Below, in pieces: positions 29,984 through 39,575 of a stretch of DNA of 64,000 bases (positions within the stretch are counted from its first letter, which is position 1; every line of letters begins with the position of its first letter). A program made the position numbers and the translations under genes. The stretch is from assembly GCA_963776385.1 (NCBI GenBank), contig CAVZME010000011.1, positions 351,806 to 415,805 on the forward strand. The letters run 5' to 3'. Under the pieces are notes generated by a model. It was given only the letters and a program-made list of their open reading frames with translations. It made no database searches and was not told the DNA's origin. Source of the DNA: an uncultured Chloroflexia bacterium (lineage in GTDB: Bacteria; Chloroflexota; Limnocylindria; Limnocylindrales; CSP1-4).

Positions 29984-31384
29984 ATGGCGTCCCGCCACAC
30001 CCGCGTCTTCGTCGCGCTCGTCCTGACCGCGTTCGCCGGATGCGGTCCCAGCGGCTCGCTCTCTCCCCCGCCGACCCCGGTGGCGAGCGTCGCCCCGTCG
30101 CCAAGCGAAGCGGCCAGCGCGATCCCGACCGGCGCCGGGAGCCTCGTCATCGTCGGTCGGATCGTCACGATGGACGAGCCTGCCGTCGCGGAAGCCCTCC
30201 TCATCAAGGATGGGACGGTCGCCGCAGTCGGTACCCGGACGGAGGTGCTAGCGCTGGCCGGTGACCAGATCCGGATCCTCGACATAGGCGAGAACGTCGC
30301 ATATCCGGGATTCATCGATGCCCACGCGCATTGGATCGGGGACCGCGAGTACTACGGCCTGGATTCGGCGGTCGAGGCTATGGACGCGGCGCTGACCCGC
30401 GGGTGGACGTCCATCAGCGAGCAATGGGTCAACCCGGAGCGCCTCGACGAACTCCTTGGGCTGGCCGAGACCGACGCCCTCCCGCTCCGGGTCGACGCCT
30501 ATCTCGCCCTGAATGAACCGAAACCTGGGGGTGAGCACTTCGGCGACTGGTACGCCGACCAGAAGCGAGGGCCGGTGGGAAGCCGCCTCCGCGTGGAGGG
30601 GGTCAAGATCCATCTCGAGACTGGCGAGGGTACGGCCCTCCTCTGGGAGCCGGCCGACCTGACCGCGACGATCGGCCGGGCGAACGCAGCCGGCTGGCAG
30701 GTGTCGGTCCACACCATCAGCACGAAGGCCCACGAGATGGTCCTCGACGCATTCGAGGCGGCGCTGGGCCCGACCGGACCGAACCCGCTCCACCATCGGA
30801 TCGAACATGCCATCCAGGTGTCCGACGACCAGCTGGCCCGGATGGTCGCGATGAACCTGGCCACGGTCATACACCTTGACGGAGGCGGGGGCGACTGGGT
30901 GCTGTGGTCCAAGTACCTGGGGCACGGCAGTCCGGACAAGCTCGAAGGAGGGACTGCCTGGCTCACCCGCTGGCGCGACTTCGTGGACGCGGGCCTGCAC
31001 GTCGCTTCTGCGACCGACATGCCCTGGTTCCTCCCGGACTCCAGACTCACGGATGACATCGGCCGGCCGGTGGATCAGATCGCGGGCGGCATGGACGGCC
31101 GCGGCCGGGCGTATCCGGGGACCCCGGCATGGATGCACGACCAGCTGCTGACCGCTGGGCAGGGCTTGCGGGCGATCACCCTGGACGCGGCATACGCCCT
31201 GGGCGACGAGGAACGCCGCGGGCACCTCGCCCCGGGAACGCTGGGCGACGTCACGATCCTGAGCGGGGACGTCACCGCTGCGACGCCCGACGCGATCCGG
31301 GCGACGACCGTGATCGCGACGATCGTGGACGGAGACATCGAGTCCTGCCCCGACGCTGTGGTGTGCCCGCCCTCAGGGGGCTGA
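29984..31384 (+). CDS. Amidohydrolase 3 (YtcJ-like) lipoprotein
   Basis: Lipobox FAGC, PGFIDAHAH, QVSVHTIS, HHRIEHA, GHLAPGTLGDVTIL. Confidence 0.85.
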   Translation: MASRHTRVFVALVLTAFAGCGPSGSLSPPPTPVASVAPSPSEAASAIPTGAGSLVIVGRIVTMDEPAVAEALLIKDGTVAAVGTRTEVLALAGDQIRILDIGENVAYPGFIDAHAHWIGDREYYGLDSAVEAMDAALTRGWTSISEQWVNPERLDELLGLAETDALPLRVDAYLALNEPKPGGEHFGDWYADQKRGPVGSRLRVEGVKIHLETGEGTALLWEPADLTATIGRANAAGWQVSVHTISTKAHEMVLDAFEAALGPTGPNPLHHRIEHAIQVSDDQLARMVAMNLATVIHLDGGGGDWVLWSKYLGHGSPDKLEGGTAWLTRWRDFVDAGLHVASATDMPWFLPDSRLTDDIGRPVDQIAGGMDGRGRAYPGTPAWMHDQLLTAGQGLRAITLDAAYALGDEERRGHLAPGTLGDVTILSGDVTAATPDAIRATTVIATIVDGDIESCPDAVVCPPSGG

Positions 31385-31407
31385 CTCTCCGAGCCCCGAA
31401 TCGCGCG

Positions 31408-31416
31408 TGCTATGCT
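31408..31416 (+). promoter_or_regulatory. Extended -10 promoter TGcTATGCT for the methyltransferase gene
   Basis: TGnTANNNT about 60 nt upstream of ATG 31476; GGAGG SD in between. Confidence 0.5.
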
Positions 31417-31475
31417 CCGCGACCCATCGCTTCGGCCGGGATCCGAAGCAGGGACAGGGAGGTCCGGGACCGCCG

Positions 31476-32872
31476 ATGTCGGCACGTCCGGCGCACATCA
31501 CCGCGGGTCAGCTCGCCCTCGAGCTGCCGGCCGAGCTGCCGGCGCTCTCGCTCGCCCCCGAGTGGAAGGACCAGCAGCGGCTGTGGGGCCACACCTTCCA
31601 CCCGATGTGCTCGTACCTCGCGAGCTTCCCGGCGGCGCTCACCCACGCCTTCATCGCTCGCTACTCGCGGCCGGGCGACGTCGTCCTCGACCCGTTCTCC
31701 GGGCGCGGCACGACGCCCCTCCAGGCCTGCGCCGAGGGCCGCATCGGGGTCGGCAACGACCTCAATCCGTTCGCCCATCTGCTGACCGCGGCGAAGGTCG
31801 AGCCGGCGACACGCGCCCAGGCGGCCACGCGTCTCGCCCAGCTCCGGCTGGCCTGGAACGCGGATGCGGCCGGCTGGCTGGCCCTCGGCCAGCGCGTCTG
31901 GATGGCGCCGGACGCCGCGGACGCGCTCGTGCCGACCGCCGGCTCCGGCGCGACACCGGCCGACGGCGCCGAACACGTCCCGGTCGAGGTCGCCCTCGCG
32001 TTCCACCCACGGACCCTCGGCCAGCTGCTGTTCGTCCGGACGGCCCTTCGGCTCGACGACCGGACCGACCGGTTCCTGGCCGCCGCCCTGACCGGGATCC
32101 TCCACGGCAAGAGCGCGAGCTACCTGTCCGAGCTCATGCCGAACACATTCTCGATGGCGCCGCGCTACGTCCGCGACTTCGCGGCTCGGACCGACTTCGC
32201 CTCGCCGGAGCGGGACGTCTTCGACGGCCTGGCGAAGAAGCTCGATCGCCTCTTCCGCCAGCCGCTCGCCATCGATCGAGGGGATCGCCCTGCTCGGCGA
32301 CGCCCGCGACATGGCGCCGCGCGCCCGGGCCGCCCTGCGAGGCCGCGGCCGGCCGGAGCGCGCCCGGCTGGTCGTCACCTCGCCGCCGTACCTGCGGGTC
32401 GTGAAGTACGGCTACTACAACTGGCTGCGGACGTGGTTCCTCGGCTTCGACGCACGCGAGATCGACGCCACGCTCGACGACGCCCACCATCGCGAGCCGT
32501 ACCTCGCCTTCCTGCGCGACGTCCTGGCCGGCCTGCGCCCGGTCCTGGCCGACGATGCCGTCGTCGTCCTCGTCATCGGCGACGTCGAGACCGACCGCGG
32601 GCCGACGGATCCACGGCGGGGTCGGTCTGGCCGAGCGCGTCTGGGAGTCCGCGGCCGAGCCCGAGGGCTACCGGCTGGCCGGGGTCGCGCTCGACGACGT
32701 CGCAGCCAACCGGAAGATGACCAAGCTGTGGGGCGACGAGGCGGGCCGGGCCACCAAGACCGACCGGATCCTCGTCCTCGGCGCGACCGAGGCGGGCCGG
32801 CGCCGGGCCCTCGCGGCCGCGCCCCTGGACGTCGACTGGACCTGGCCGCCGAGGGCCCTCCGCTCGCTCTGA
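31476..32872 (+). CDS. Orphan amino-DNA methyltransferase (alpha-type order, SPPY; frameshifts near 32275 and 32607)
   Basis: Motif X SYLASFP, motif I VLDPFSGRGTT, NDLNP, motif IV LVVTSPPY C-terminal to a variable region. Confidence 0.8.
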
Positions 32873-32891
32873 CGCCCTCTAGAATGTCGCC

Positions 32892-33119
32892 ATGCAGCAG
32901 ATGTACCACCCGTCCGACCTGGCCGCGATGGATCCGCTGGTCCTGATGAAGAACCTGGACCACGTGCGGATGACCAGCCGGCGGCTGTCGTACATCCTCC
33001 AGCAGCAGGTCCACCTCTACACCCCCGAGGCGAACCAGCTCCGCGAGCAGATCGACCGCTACGTCGAGGCCGAGCGCCAGATCGAGGGCGAGATGGCCAG
33101 GCGCCGCATCCGCGCCTGA
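32892..33119 (+). CDS. Hypothetical 75-aa helical protein, leaderless
   Basis: TAGAAT at 32880-32885, 6 nt before the ATG; typical codon usage. Confidence 0.7.
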   Translation: MQQMYHPSDLAAMDPLVLMKNLDHVRMTSRRLSYILQQQVHLYTPEANQLREQIDRYVEAERQIEGEMARRRIRA

Positions 33120-33133
33120 CGCCCGAATCGAGA

Positions 33134-33156
33134 ACCCCCGCCCACGGGACGGGGGT
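33134..33156. terminator. Hairpin between convergent genes
   Basis: ACCCCCG...CGGGGGT inverted repeat between stops at 33119 and 33197. Confidence 0.45.
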
Positions 33157-33196
33157 CCAGGCTCCGTCGATACCGACGGGAAGAGGTCGCTGCGGG

Positions 33197-33616
33197 TCAG
33201 GCGCCGGACGGCGCGAGGACCAGTCGGATCGGGACCTCGAAGGTCCGCTCCTCCTTGATGGCAGGCGGGTTCGACGCTGGGCACGACGGAGGGCGCGGCG
33301 GCCGCGGGCTCGATGGGTTCGACGACGACCGGATCCGGGCTGATGACGACCCTGACCGGACGGCGGAGTGCCTGCTCCTCGGCCACGACCCGGGCCGCCA
33401 GGACCGCGAGAGCGGGCATGTCGAAGAGGCTGAACCCGATGCCGATGCCGGCGAGGTCGTCCGCGTCGTAGCCACGGAACAGGCCGCGGCCCGCGACGGC
33501 GCACATCTCGTCGTACAGCTCCGGCCAGCCGACGCGTCGGCGGCGGTAGCAGAACCGGACGAATTCGATCGGCGTCCGGGTCCGGGGCTCGCCGTGGCGG
33601 CGCTGCGAGGATCCAT
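33197..33616 (-). CDS. Hypothetical protein (2 apparent frameshifts)
   Basis: Strong SD AAAGGAGG; core PIEFVRFCYRRRRVGWPELYDEMCAVAGRGLFRGY...FSLFDMPALA; ends IRLVLAPSGA*. Confidence 0.6.
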   Translation of the reverse strand: MDPRSAATASPGPGRRSNSSGSATAADASAGRSCTTRCAPSRAAACSVATTRTTSPASASGSASSTCPLSRSWRPGSWPRSRHSAVRSGSSSARIRSSSNPSSPRPPRPPSCPASNPPAIKEERTFEVPIRLVLAPSGA

Positions 33617-33824
33617 CGATGGCATGCCTCCTTTCAGGTCGAACGGCGCGCGGTGACGCCACGCGCCGTTCCTCGGCGAGATGAACGCATGGTCCGACAG
33701 GCCGGACGGGGCGATCCGGCGACCGGACGTTGGGCTCTGGGGCCCCCGCCGGCTCTCCCTCGGAGGTCCTCGGCCAGCGGTGGACGCCAATGGTAGGTCC
33801 CGGACGCCCGACCCGGAAGGGGGC

Positions 33825-33857
33825 TTGTCCACGACTTCGTCCACCAAGTTATCCACA
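33825..33857 (+). promoter_or_regulatory. Three DnaA-box-like 9-mers in 12-bp phase
   Basis: TTGTCCACG (33825), TCGTCCACC (33837), TTATCCACA (33849, perfect). A minus-strand -10 TACCAT lies at 33790-33795. Confidence 0.55.
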
Positions 33858-33860
33858 CGA

Positions 33861-33883
33861 ACGGGCGTTCACCGAACGCCCGT
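33861..33883 (-). terminator. Hairpin downstream of the epimerase gene
   Basis: ACGGGCGTTC-acc-GAACGCCCGT, perfect 10-bp stem, about 20 nt after the stop at 33905. Confidence 0.5.
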
Positions 33884-33904
33884 GCGGTCCGTGCGTGGAC
33901 CGGT

Positions 33905-34964
33905 TCAGCGACCCGTGCGCGTCAGCCCGAGACCGGGTCGTCGGCGACAGGATCCAGCGGTGGTCGGCGTCGAGGTCGAGACCCTCGAACGGGTCGTCGG
34001 CGAGCAGCAGGCAGCCGTCGAGGTCGACCCAGTCGGCCAGCGACGCGACGACCGCCGACCCGGCGATGCCGACCGACGTCTCCTCCATGCAGCCGAGGAA
34101 GGTCCTGAACCCGAGCTCGCGCGCGCGTTCGAGCATCCGCTTCGCGGGCCCGATGCCGCCGCACTTGGCGAGCTTGACGTTGACCCCGGCGACGACGCCG
34201 ACGAGGCCGTCGAGGTCCTCCGGCAGGACGCAGCTCTCGTCGGCCACGATCGGCAGCGACGACCGTTCCTGGAGCCAGCGGAGCTGGTCGAGACGCCCGG
34301 CCGGGAACGGCTGCTCGATGAGCTCGACGCCGAGGCGCTCGAGCTCGGGCAGCAGCCCGACCGCCTCGTCGGGGGTCCAGCCGGTGTTGGCGTCGACGCG
34401 GATCGGGCCGCCGAAGACGGCCCGGACCGCCTCGAGCGTCGCGAGGTCCTCGGGTCCGCCGAACTTGATCTTGAGCGCCGGGAAGTCGGCGGCGCGGGCG
34501 GCGCGCTGCGGCGACGACGCGGGCTCGTCGATGCCGATGGTGAAGTCGGTCGGCGGGATGTCGGCGGACAGGCCGCGGAGCTCGTGGACCGGGCGGCCCG
34601 GCGACCTTGCCGACGAGGTCGTGGAGGGCGATGTCGACCGCGCAACGCGCCGCCCCGTGGCCGCGGATGGCCGCCTCCATCGCGAGGTCCGCGGCGATCA
34701 GACCCGGCCTCGTCCGGCTGAGATCTCCGCCGACCGCCGTCGAGCAGCAGCGGGAAGACGACGCGCCATCGTCTCGGGCGTCTCGCCGTAGAACCGGTCC
34801 GGGATAGCCCTCGCCCACCCCGACGACGCCCGGGAACCGGTCGTCGCGGAGCTCGACGACGACGGTCGTCACCCGCTGGTCTCGCCGCCGTGGTCCGTCC
34901 GGGCGATCCGGAACGGGTCGCGCAGCCCGAGGTGCAGGACCTCCTGGGTCAGGTGCAGGCTCAT
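33905..34964 (-). CDS. Enolase-superfamily dipeptide epimerase / N-acyl-amino acid racemase (multiple frameshifts)
   Basis: LRDPFRIAR, VGVGEGYP, KIKFG, IRVDANTGW, IEQP, PIVADES, VNVKLAKCGGI, GCMEET, DLDG. Confidence 0.88.
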
Positions 34965-36056
34965 CCGCTGACGACCCAGGGCAGCGCGTCGACGCCCTCG
35001 CGGATCGCCGGCCAGAGCCGGTCCGGCCCGAAGCGGAACGGGTCGTCGGTCGGCAGGCCCGGTCTCGGCCGCGATCGCCGCGATGATCCGGCCGCGCCTC
35101 GTCGTCGTCGGGGTAGAGCGAGGTGTTGAGGGCGACCGCGACGACCTTCGACGGCGCGACGAGCCCGGCCACCTGCTCGTGGAGGGCGATGAACGCCGGG
35201 CAGCGCGGCGATCGGGAACGACGCCTCCGGCAGGTGGTCGAAGTCGTGCTCGGCGAGGCCCGGCTTGTGGACCATGACCATCGCCTGCGGCGTCGCGCCG
35301 TGGATGAGCGCCAGCGTCACCGACGAGTAGGCCGGATGGTCGAGCGAGCCCTGGCCCTCGACGATGACCCAGTCGCCGAGCGCCTCGCCCTGCTCGACGA
35401 GCCACTCGACCGTGCCCTGGGCGAAGTCGCTGATGAGCCGGTCGACGGCCACGCCCCAGCCCTCGATCATCATCCCGGTCTGGCCGGTCGGCACGAACGA
35501 GGCCCGGTCGCCTGCCGCCAGGGCCGCCCGGCGGAGCTCGAGGGCGACCGACATCTTGCCGATCGCGCAGTCGCTGCCGACCGTCAGGATCACCCGCTTG
35601 CCCGGGCCGTGGCGGCGTCCGACGGCGGTCTCCATGCGCTCCGGCGGGCGGCGGTAGTCGACGATCGCGCGTCCCGCGTGCGGCTGCCGCCGCGGCGAAC
35701 TCCGGATCGTCGCCGAGGAACGTGTGCAGGCCCGACAGGACGTCGAGGCCGGCCTCGATGGCGGCCAGGATGATCGTCCGCCATGTCTCGGGCAGCCGGC
35801 CGCCGGTCGGCGCGATCCCGATGAGCAGCGCGTCCGGGCGGGCCGGCACTGCCAGCGCCTCGTCCAGCGTCGCCACGATCGGGATGTCGTGCCCGGGCAG
35901 GAAGGCGTCGACGTTCTGGCCGGCCTTGGTCGAATCGAGGACCGCGACGACGTCGTCGCGTCCGTAGCGGATGACCCCGTACGCGGTCTTGCCGCTGTGT
36001 GGCCCGAACTCGCCCTCGGCGAGGATGACCAGGCGGCGATGGTCGGTGGGTCGCAT
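34961..36056 (-). CDS. DUF1611 family protein (N-terminal Rossmann-like + P-loop domain; frameshifts near 35680 and 35200)
   Basis: GKTAYGVIRY, LLIGIAPTGG, VLSGLH, TVGSDCAIGKM, TGQTG, VEGQGSLDHPAYS. TACACT 6 nt before the ATG. Confidence 0.88.
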
Positions 36057-36104
36057 CGGGCGAGTGTACGGATTCGCGAGACGCCGGGATGCGAGGATGT
36101 GCCC

Positions 36105-36788
36105 ATGGATCGGATCCGCGCCCTGAACGACGATGACGAGGCATGGGATCGCTGGTTCGGGCCGTGGGCCCCCTTGAACCCGACCGAAGTCGGGACCGTG
36201 CTGGCGGAGGTCGACGCGACCTGGTGGATCGTCGGCGGTTGGGCGATCGACGCCTTCGCCCGCCGCCCGCGCGCTCACCATGACATCGACGTCGCATTCT
36301 TCCGGGCGGACCTTGCGGCGATCCTCGAGCACCTGGTGCCCGAGTTCTGCGTCTGGTCCAACGCGAGCAGCACACTCCGTCCGCTGATGCATCCCGACGA
36401 CCTGCTACCGGACTGCCGCCAGATGTGGGTCCGTCGTGACGGCGCCAGTCCCTGGGTGATGGATCTTGCGATGACCCCCGGCGACGGCACGACGTGGATC
36501 TCGCCACTGGACGAGACCCTGCGTGTGCCGATCGACGAAGCCGTGTTCGAGGCAACCGACGGTGTGCGATACCTGGCGCCCGAGATCGTCCTCAGTTTCA
36601 AGGCCCGACACCACCGACAACAGGACGAAGCAGACTTCGAGGTGACCCTTCCCCTGCTCGACATGCCCAGACGCCGGTGGCTTCGCGACGCGATCGAGCG
36701 CGATCACGCCGACGATCCGTGGCTGGCCAGGCTGGGACCGATCGATCCGCCGGGAACCGGCCGATCGAAGGCGCGGGGCGTCGCCTGA
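36105..36788 (+). CDS. Nucleotidyltransferase, aminoglycoside/lincosamide NTase-like fold
   Basis: WWIVGGWAIDAF...RAHHDIDV (GG-x-DxD), YLAPEIVLSFKA, QDEADF. Confidence 0.75.
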   Translation: MDRIRALNDDDEAWDRWFGPWAPLNPTEVGTVLAEVDATWWIVGGWAIDAFARRPRAHHDIDVAFFRADLAAILEHLVPEFCVWSNASSTLRPLMHPDDLLPDCRQMWVRRDGASPWVMDLAMTPGDGTTWISPLDETLRVPIDEAVFEATDGVRYLAPEIVLSFKARHHRQQDEADFEVTLPLLDMPRRRWLRDAIERDHADDPWLARLGPIDPPGTGRSKARGVA

Positions 36789-36791
36789 CCG

Positions 36792-38255
36792 ATGGCTCCC
36801 GGGGATACCGCTCGCCTCTATCACCGGCTCAGCTCCGTCTACTACGTGCCCGACTACGCACAGCTGACCCTTCAGGCCCACCCGCTCATGGTCCAGGGCT
36901 TCGTTCCGCTCGTCCCTGAGCGGCAGCCGCCACCGTGCAAGGCGTATCCGTCCGGCCTGCCGGTCACGGACCTCCCCCGTGAGTGGCCCAAGGTCGAGAC
37001 ACCGGCGACGGCCGTGCTTGCCGGTGAGCCGGGTCGCGCGCCATCGATCCTCGACCTGCCCACGCTCGCCAGGCTGCTGCATCTCTCGGCCGGTGTCGTG
37101 CGCATCCGCGCGGCCGAGCCGCCGTTCAGCCGGCCGTGGCTGTTCCGAGCGGCGGGTTCCGCCGGCGGGCGCTTTCCGCTCGAGGTCTATGTCTCGGCCA
37201 TCGACGTCGATGGACTCGACGATGGCGTCCACTGGTACGACCCGATCGGTCACGCGCTCGTCCAGATCGCGCCGGCGGCGAAAGGCGAGGCCACTACTGT
37301 CATCGTCACCGGCATCCCATGGCGGACCGGCTGGAAATACGCGGAGCGCGGCTTCCGCCACATCTACTGGGATGCCGGGTCGATGCTCGCCCAGACGCTC
37401 GCGCTGGCACAATCGTCCGGGCTCGGCCCGCGGCTCTGGACGCGCTTCGCGGACGCCGAGGCCTCTGCTCTCGTCGGCGCCGATGGCGTCGAGGAATTCC
37501 CGCTGGCGCTCGTCGGCCTCGGCGCGGGCGAGCCTGCGATCAAGCTGGCCGGTGACGCCGCCCGCGGCTCTGTCGCTACGACGCAGGTCGAATTCCCGCT
37601 CGTCACCCTCGCCCAGCACGCCGGCGATCTGGACCGGCTCGGTGCCTCGTGGCCGGCCATCACCCACACGCGCGAGCAGCCGCCTGCCTCCGAAGACCTC
37701 GACACGGTCATCCTGCGCCGTGGCTCGACCCGGATCATGGATCCGAACGCCACGGTCGGGCGCGACGTGTTCGACTTCTCGCTGGAAACGTCATTGAAGG
37801 ACTCACGCGTCCCGCATTTCGTGGCCGTCCATGCTGTCGACGGGCTGGATCCGGGGCTCTACCGCTGGCCGGACCTCGACCGACCGGTGCGTCGCGGGCC
37901 GCTGCGTGAGGAGCTACTGAGTGTCTGCTGGGACCAGGACCTGGGACGCGATGCCACCTTCGTCGTGATAGGCGCCGTCGACCTCGAGTCGGTCGACGAC
38001 CGCGGCTACCGCGAAGCCCAGCTCGAATCCGGCATAGTCTCCGGTCGACTTCACCTGGCCGCCTACGCCCTTGGGATCGGCGCGTCCGGGATGACCTTCC
38101 TCGATCCGGAGATCGAGGGGCTCCTCGGCGAACCGCTCGCCGGCTTGCTGTTCACCTGTGTCGGTGTGCCGACCTACCCGAGCAAGGCCGGCGGTCCGCC
38201 GGGGGAACCAGTCTCGATCGTCACACCGACACCGGGCGACACGCCACGCGCCTAG
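36792..38255 (+). CDS. SagB/ThcOx-like tandem nitroreductase-fold dehydrogenase
   Basis: FRAAGSAGGRFPLEVY, WKYAERGFRHIYWDAG, second domain VILRRGSTR and GYREAQLESG...LHLAAYALGIGASG. Confidence 0.8.
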   Translation: MAPGDTARLYHRLSSVYYVPDYAQLTLQAHPLMVQGFVPLVPERQPPPCKAYPSGLPVTDLPREWPKVETPATAVLAGEPGRAPSILDLPTLARLLHLSAGVVRIRAAEPPFSRPWLFRAAGSAGGRFPLEVYVSAIDVDGLDDGVHWYDPIGHALVQIAPAAKGEATTVIVTGIPWRTGWKYAERGFRHIYWDAGSMLAQTLALAQSSGLGPRLWTRFADAEASALVGADGVEEFPLALVGLGAGEPAIKLAGDAARGSVATTQVEFPLVTLAQHAGDLDRLGASWPAITHTREQPPASEDLDTVILRRGSTRIMDPNATVGRDVFDFSLETSLKDSRVPHFVAVHAVDGLDPGLYRWPDLDRPVRRGPLREELLSVCWDQDLGRDATFVVIGAVDLESVDDRGYREAQLESGIVSGRLHLAAYALGIGASGMTFLDPEIEGLLGEPLAGLLFTCVGVPTYPSKAGGPPGEPVSIVTPTPGDTPRA

Positions 38256-38311
38256 GACCGGGGATTGCGCGAGGCGATGCAACGGACGTCGTCGCAATCG
38301 GGTTCTGAGCG

Positions 38312-38842
38312 ATGATGGGAATCATGGTGACGGGAGCGATCGCATTCGAGACCGCGCTCGGGCGCTGCGCCGTCGGCTGGAGTGACACCGGGATCAGCGG
38401 CGTCATGCTGCCCGGTGCTCGTGCTATGCCAGGGCGCCTGGCGGAGGACACCGGCGACTTGCCCGCGTTCGTCCTACGGGCGATCGAGGGCATGCGTGCC
38501 GTGCTGGCAGGTGCCGAAGACGACCTGTCGGACATCCAGATCGACGATCGCGGCATCGACGACTTCCGGCGCGCCGTGTATGCGGCGACCCGGCGGATCA
38601 CCCCCGGCAGGACCCGGACGTATGGCGAGATCGCCCGCGACATCGACCGACCGGAGGCAGCGCGCGACGTCGGCGTGGCACTGAGCCGGAACCCGACCCC
38701 GATCATCGTCCCGTGTCATCGGGTCGTCGCCGCAAACGGGGCGCTCACCGGCTTCTCGGCGCCAGGCGGCCTCGAAACCAAGCGCAGGATGCTCGAGCTC
38801 GAAGGAGCGCCCGGATTTGGCCAGCTGCCCCTGTTCGGCTGA
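38312..38842 (+). CDS. ogt: Methylated-DNA-protein-cysteine methyltransferase (second copy)
   Basis: TRTYGEIAR, ARDVGVALSRNPTPIIVPCHRVV, GLETKRRMLELE. Start may be 38324. Confidence 0.92.
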   Translation: MMGIMVTGAIAFETALGRCAVGWSDTGISGVMLPGARAMPGRLAEDTGDLPAFVLRAIEGMRAVLAGAEDDLSDIQIDDRGIDDFRRAVYAATRRITPGRTRTYGEIARDIDRPEAARDVGVALSRNPTPIIVPCHRVVAANGALTGFSAPGGLETKRRMLELEGAPGFGQLPLFG

Positions 38843-38845
38843 AGG

Positions 38846-39553
38846 TCAGGGCAGTCGGGTCAGGGTGACCTTGGCCTGGTCCTGCATCTGCGCGGCGCTG
38901 GGTGCCTTCGCTCCGAGCGTCGCGACGTCGCTCATCCCGAGGTAGGTCGTGCCCTTCAGGAGGTAGAGCGCGGTTGCGGCGAACGTCTGCCCGGCGACTG
39001 TCTTGGACCCGGTCAGCGTCGCGACGTCGGCGACGCCGTCGGCGAAGCCCTTGAGCTCCGTCACCGTGAGGCCGTTCGCTGCGGCCTTCTGCAACTCCGC
39101 TTCGGCCTGCTGCTCGCCCGCCTTGGCGGTCGCCACGTCGGGGGCGACGCCCACGATCACCTGGAAGACGGTCCCCTCCTGTCCGTACGAGCAGATCTTG
39201 CCGTGACCTTCCGTGGAGGACTCCTGGCCGCTTCCATCCGGGAATGAGACCCCGGTCAGCTGCGATACCTCGGCAGCCGTGACCAGCTGACACGGGTCGA
39301 GTGCGGTCGCGACCGCCGTGGCCAACGGCGATGCCGGGACGTCGGAAGCAGCCACGTCACCGGCGCTGGCCGAGGCTGACGTGAGCGGAGCGACGACCGG
39401 CGGTGCGCTCCCGGGCGAGCTCGATCTCGTCGCCGCCGATTCGCTCGGGCTCGACGTCGCGGCGTTGCACGAAGCGACGAGCGCCACGCCGGCCAGGAAC
39501 ACCGCGCTCCGACCGAGCCCTGCCCTGATCGACCGATGCATTGAAGCGGTCAT
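38846..39553 (-). CDS. Putative lipoprotein (DUF3558-like)
   Basis: Lipobox VASC, Ser/Ala/Pro linker, LDPCQLVTAAEVSQLTG...KICSY. Confidence 0.7.
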   Translation of the reverse strand: MTASMHRSIRAGLGRSAVFLAGVALVASCNAATSSPSESAATRSSSPGSAPPVVAPLTSASASAGDVAASDVPASPLATAVATALDPCQLVTAAEVSQLTGVSFPDGSGQESSTEGHGKICSYGQEGTVFQVIVGVAPDVATAKAGEQQAEAELQKAAANGLTVTELKGFADGVADVATLTGSKTVAGQTFAATALYLLKGTTYLGMSDVATLGAKAPSAAQMQDQAKVTLTRLP

Positions 39554-39575
39554 GACTTCCCCCTTTGGTCTGGCA

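Noticed and set aside
28039-33857. DnaA-box clusters as the replication origin (oriC)
   Set aside because: Only three boxes each, no AT-rich unwinding element, and no dnaA/dnaN/gyrB/rpmH in the window.
36792-38255. Azole-RiPP biosynthetic cluster
   Set aside because: No YcaO, no E1-like partner, and no Cys/Ser/Thr-rich precursor ORF seen next to the SagB-like gene.
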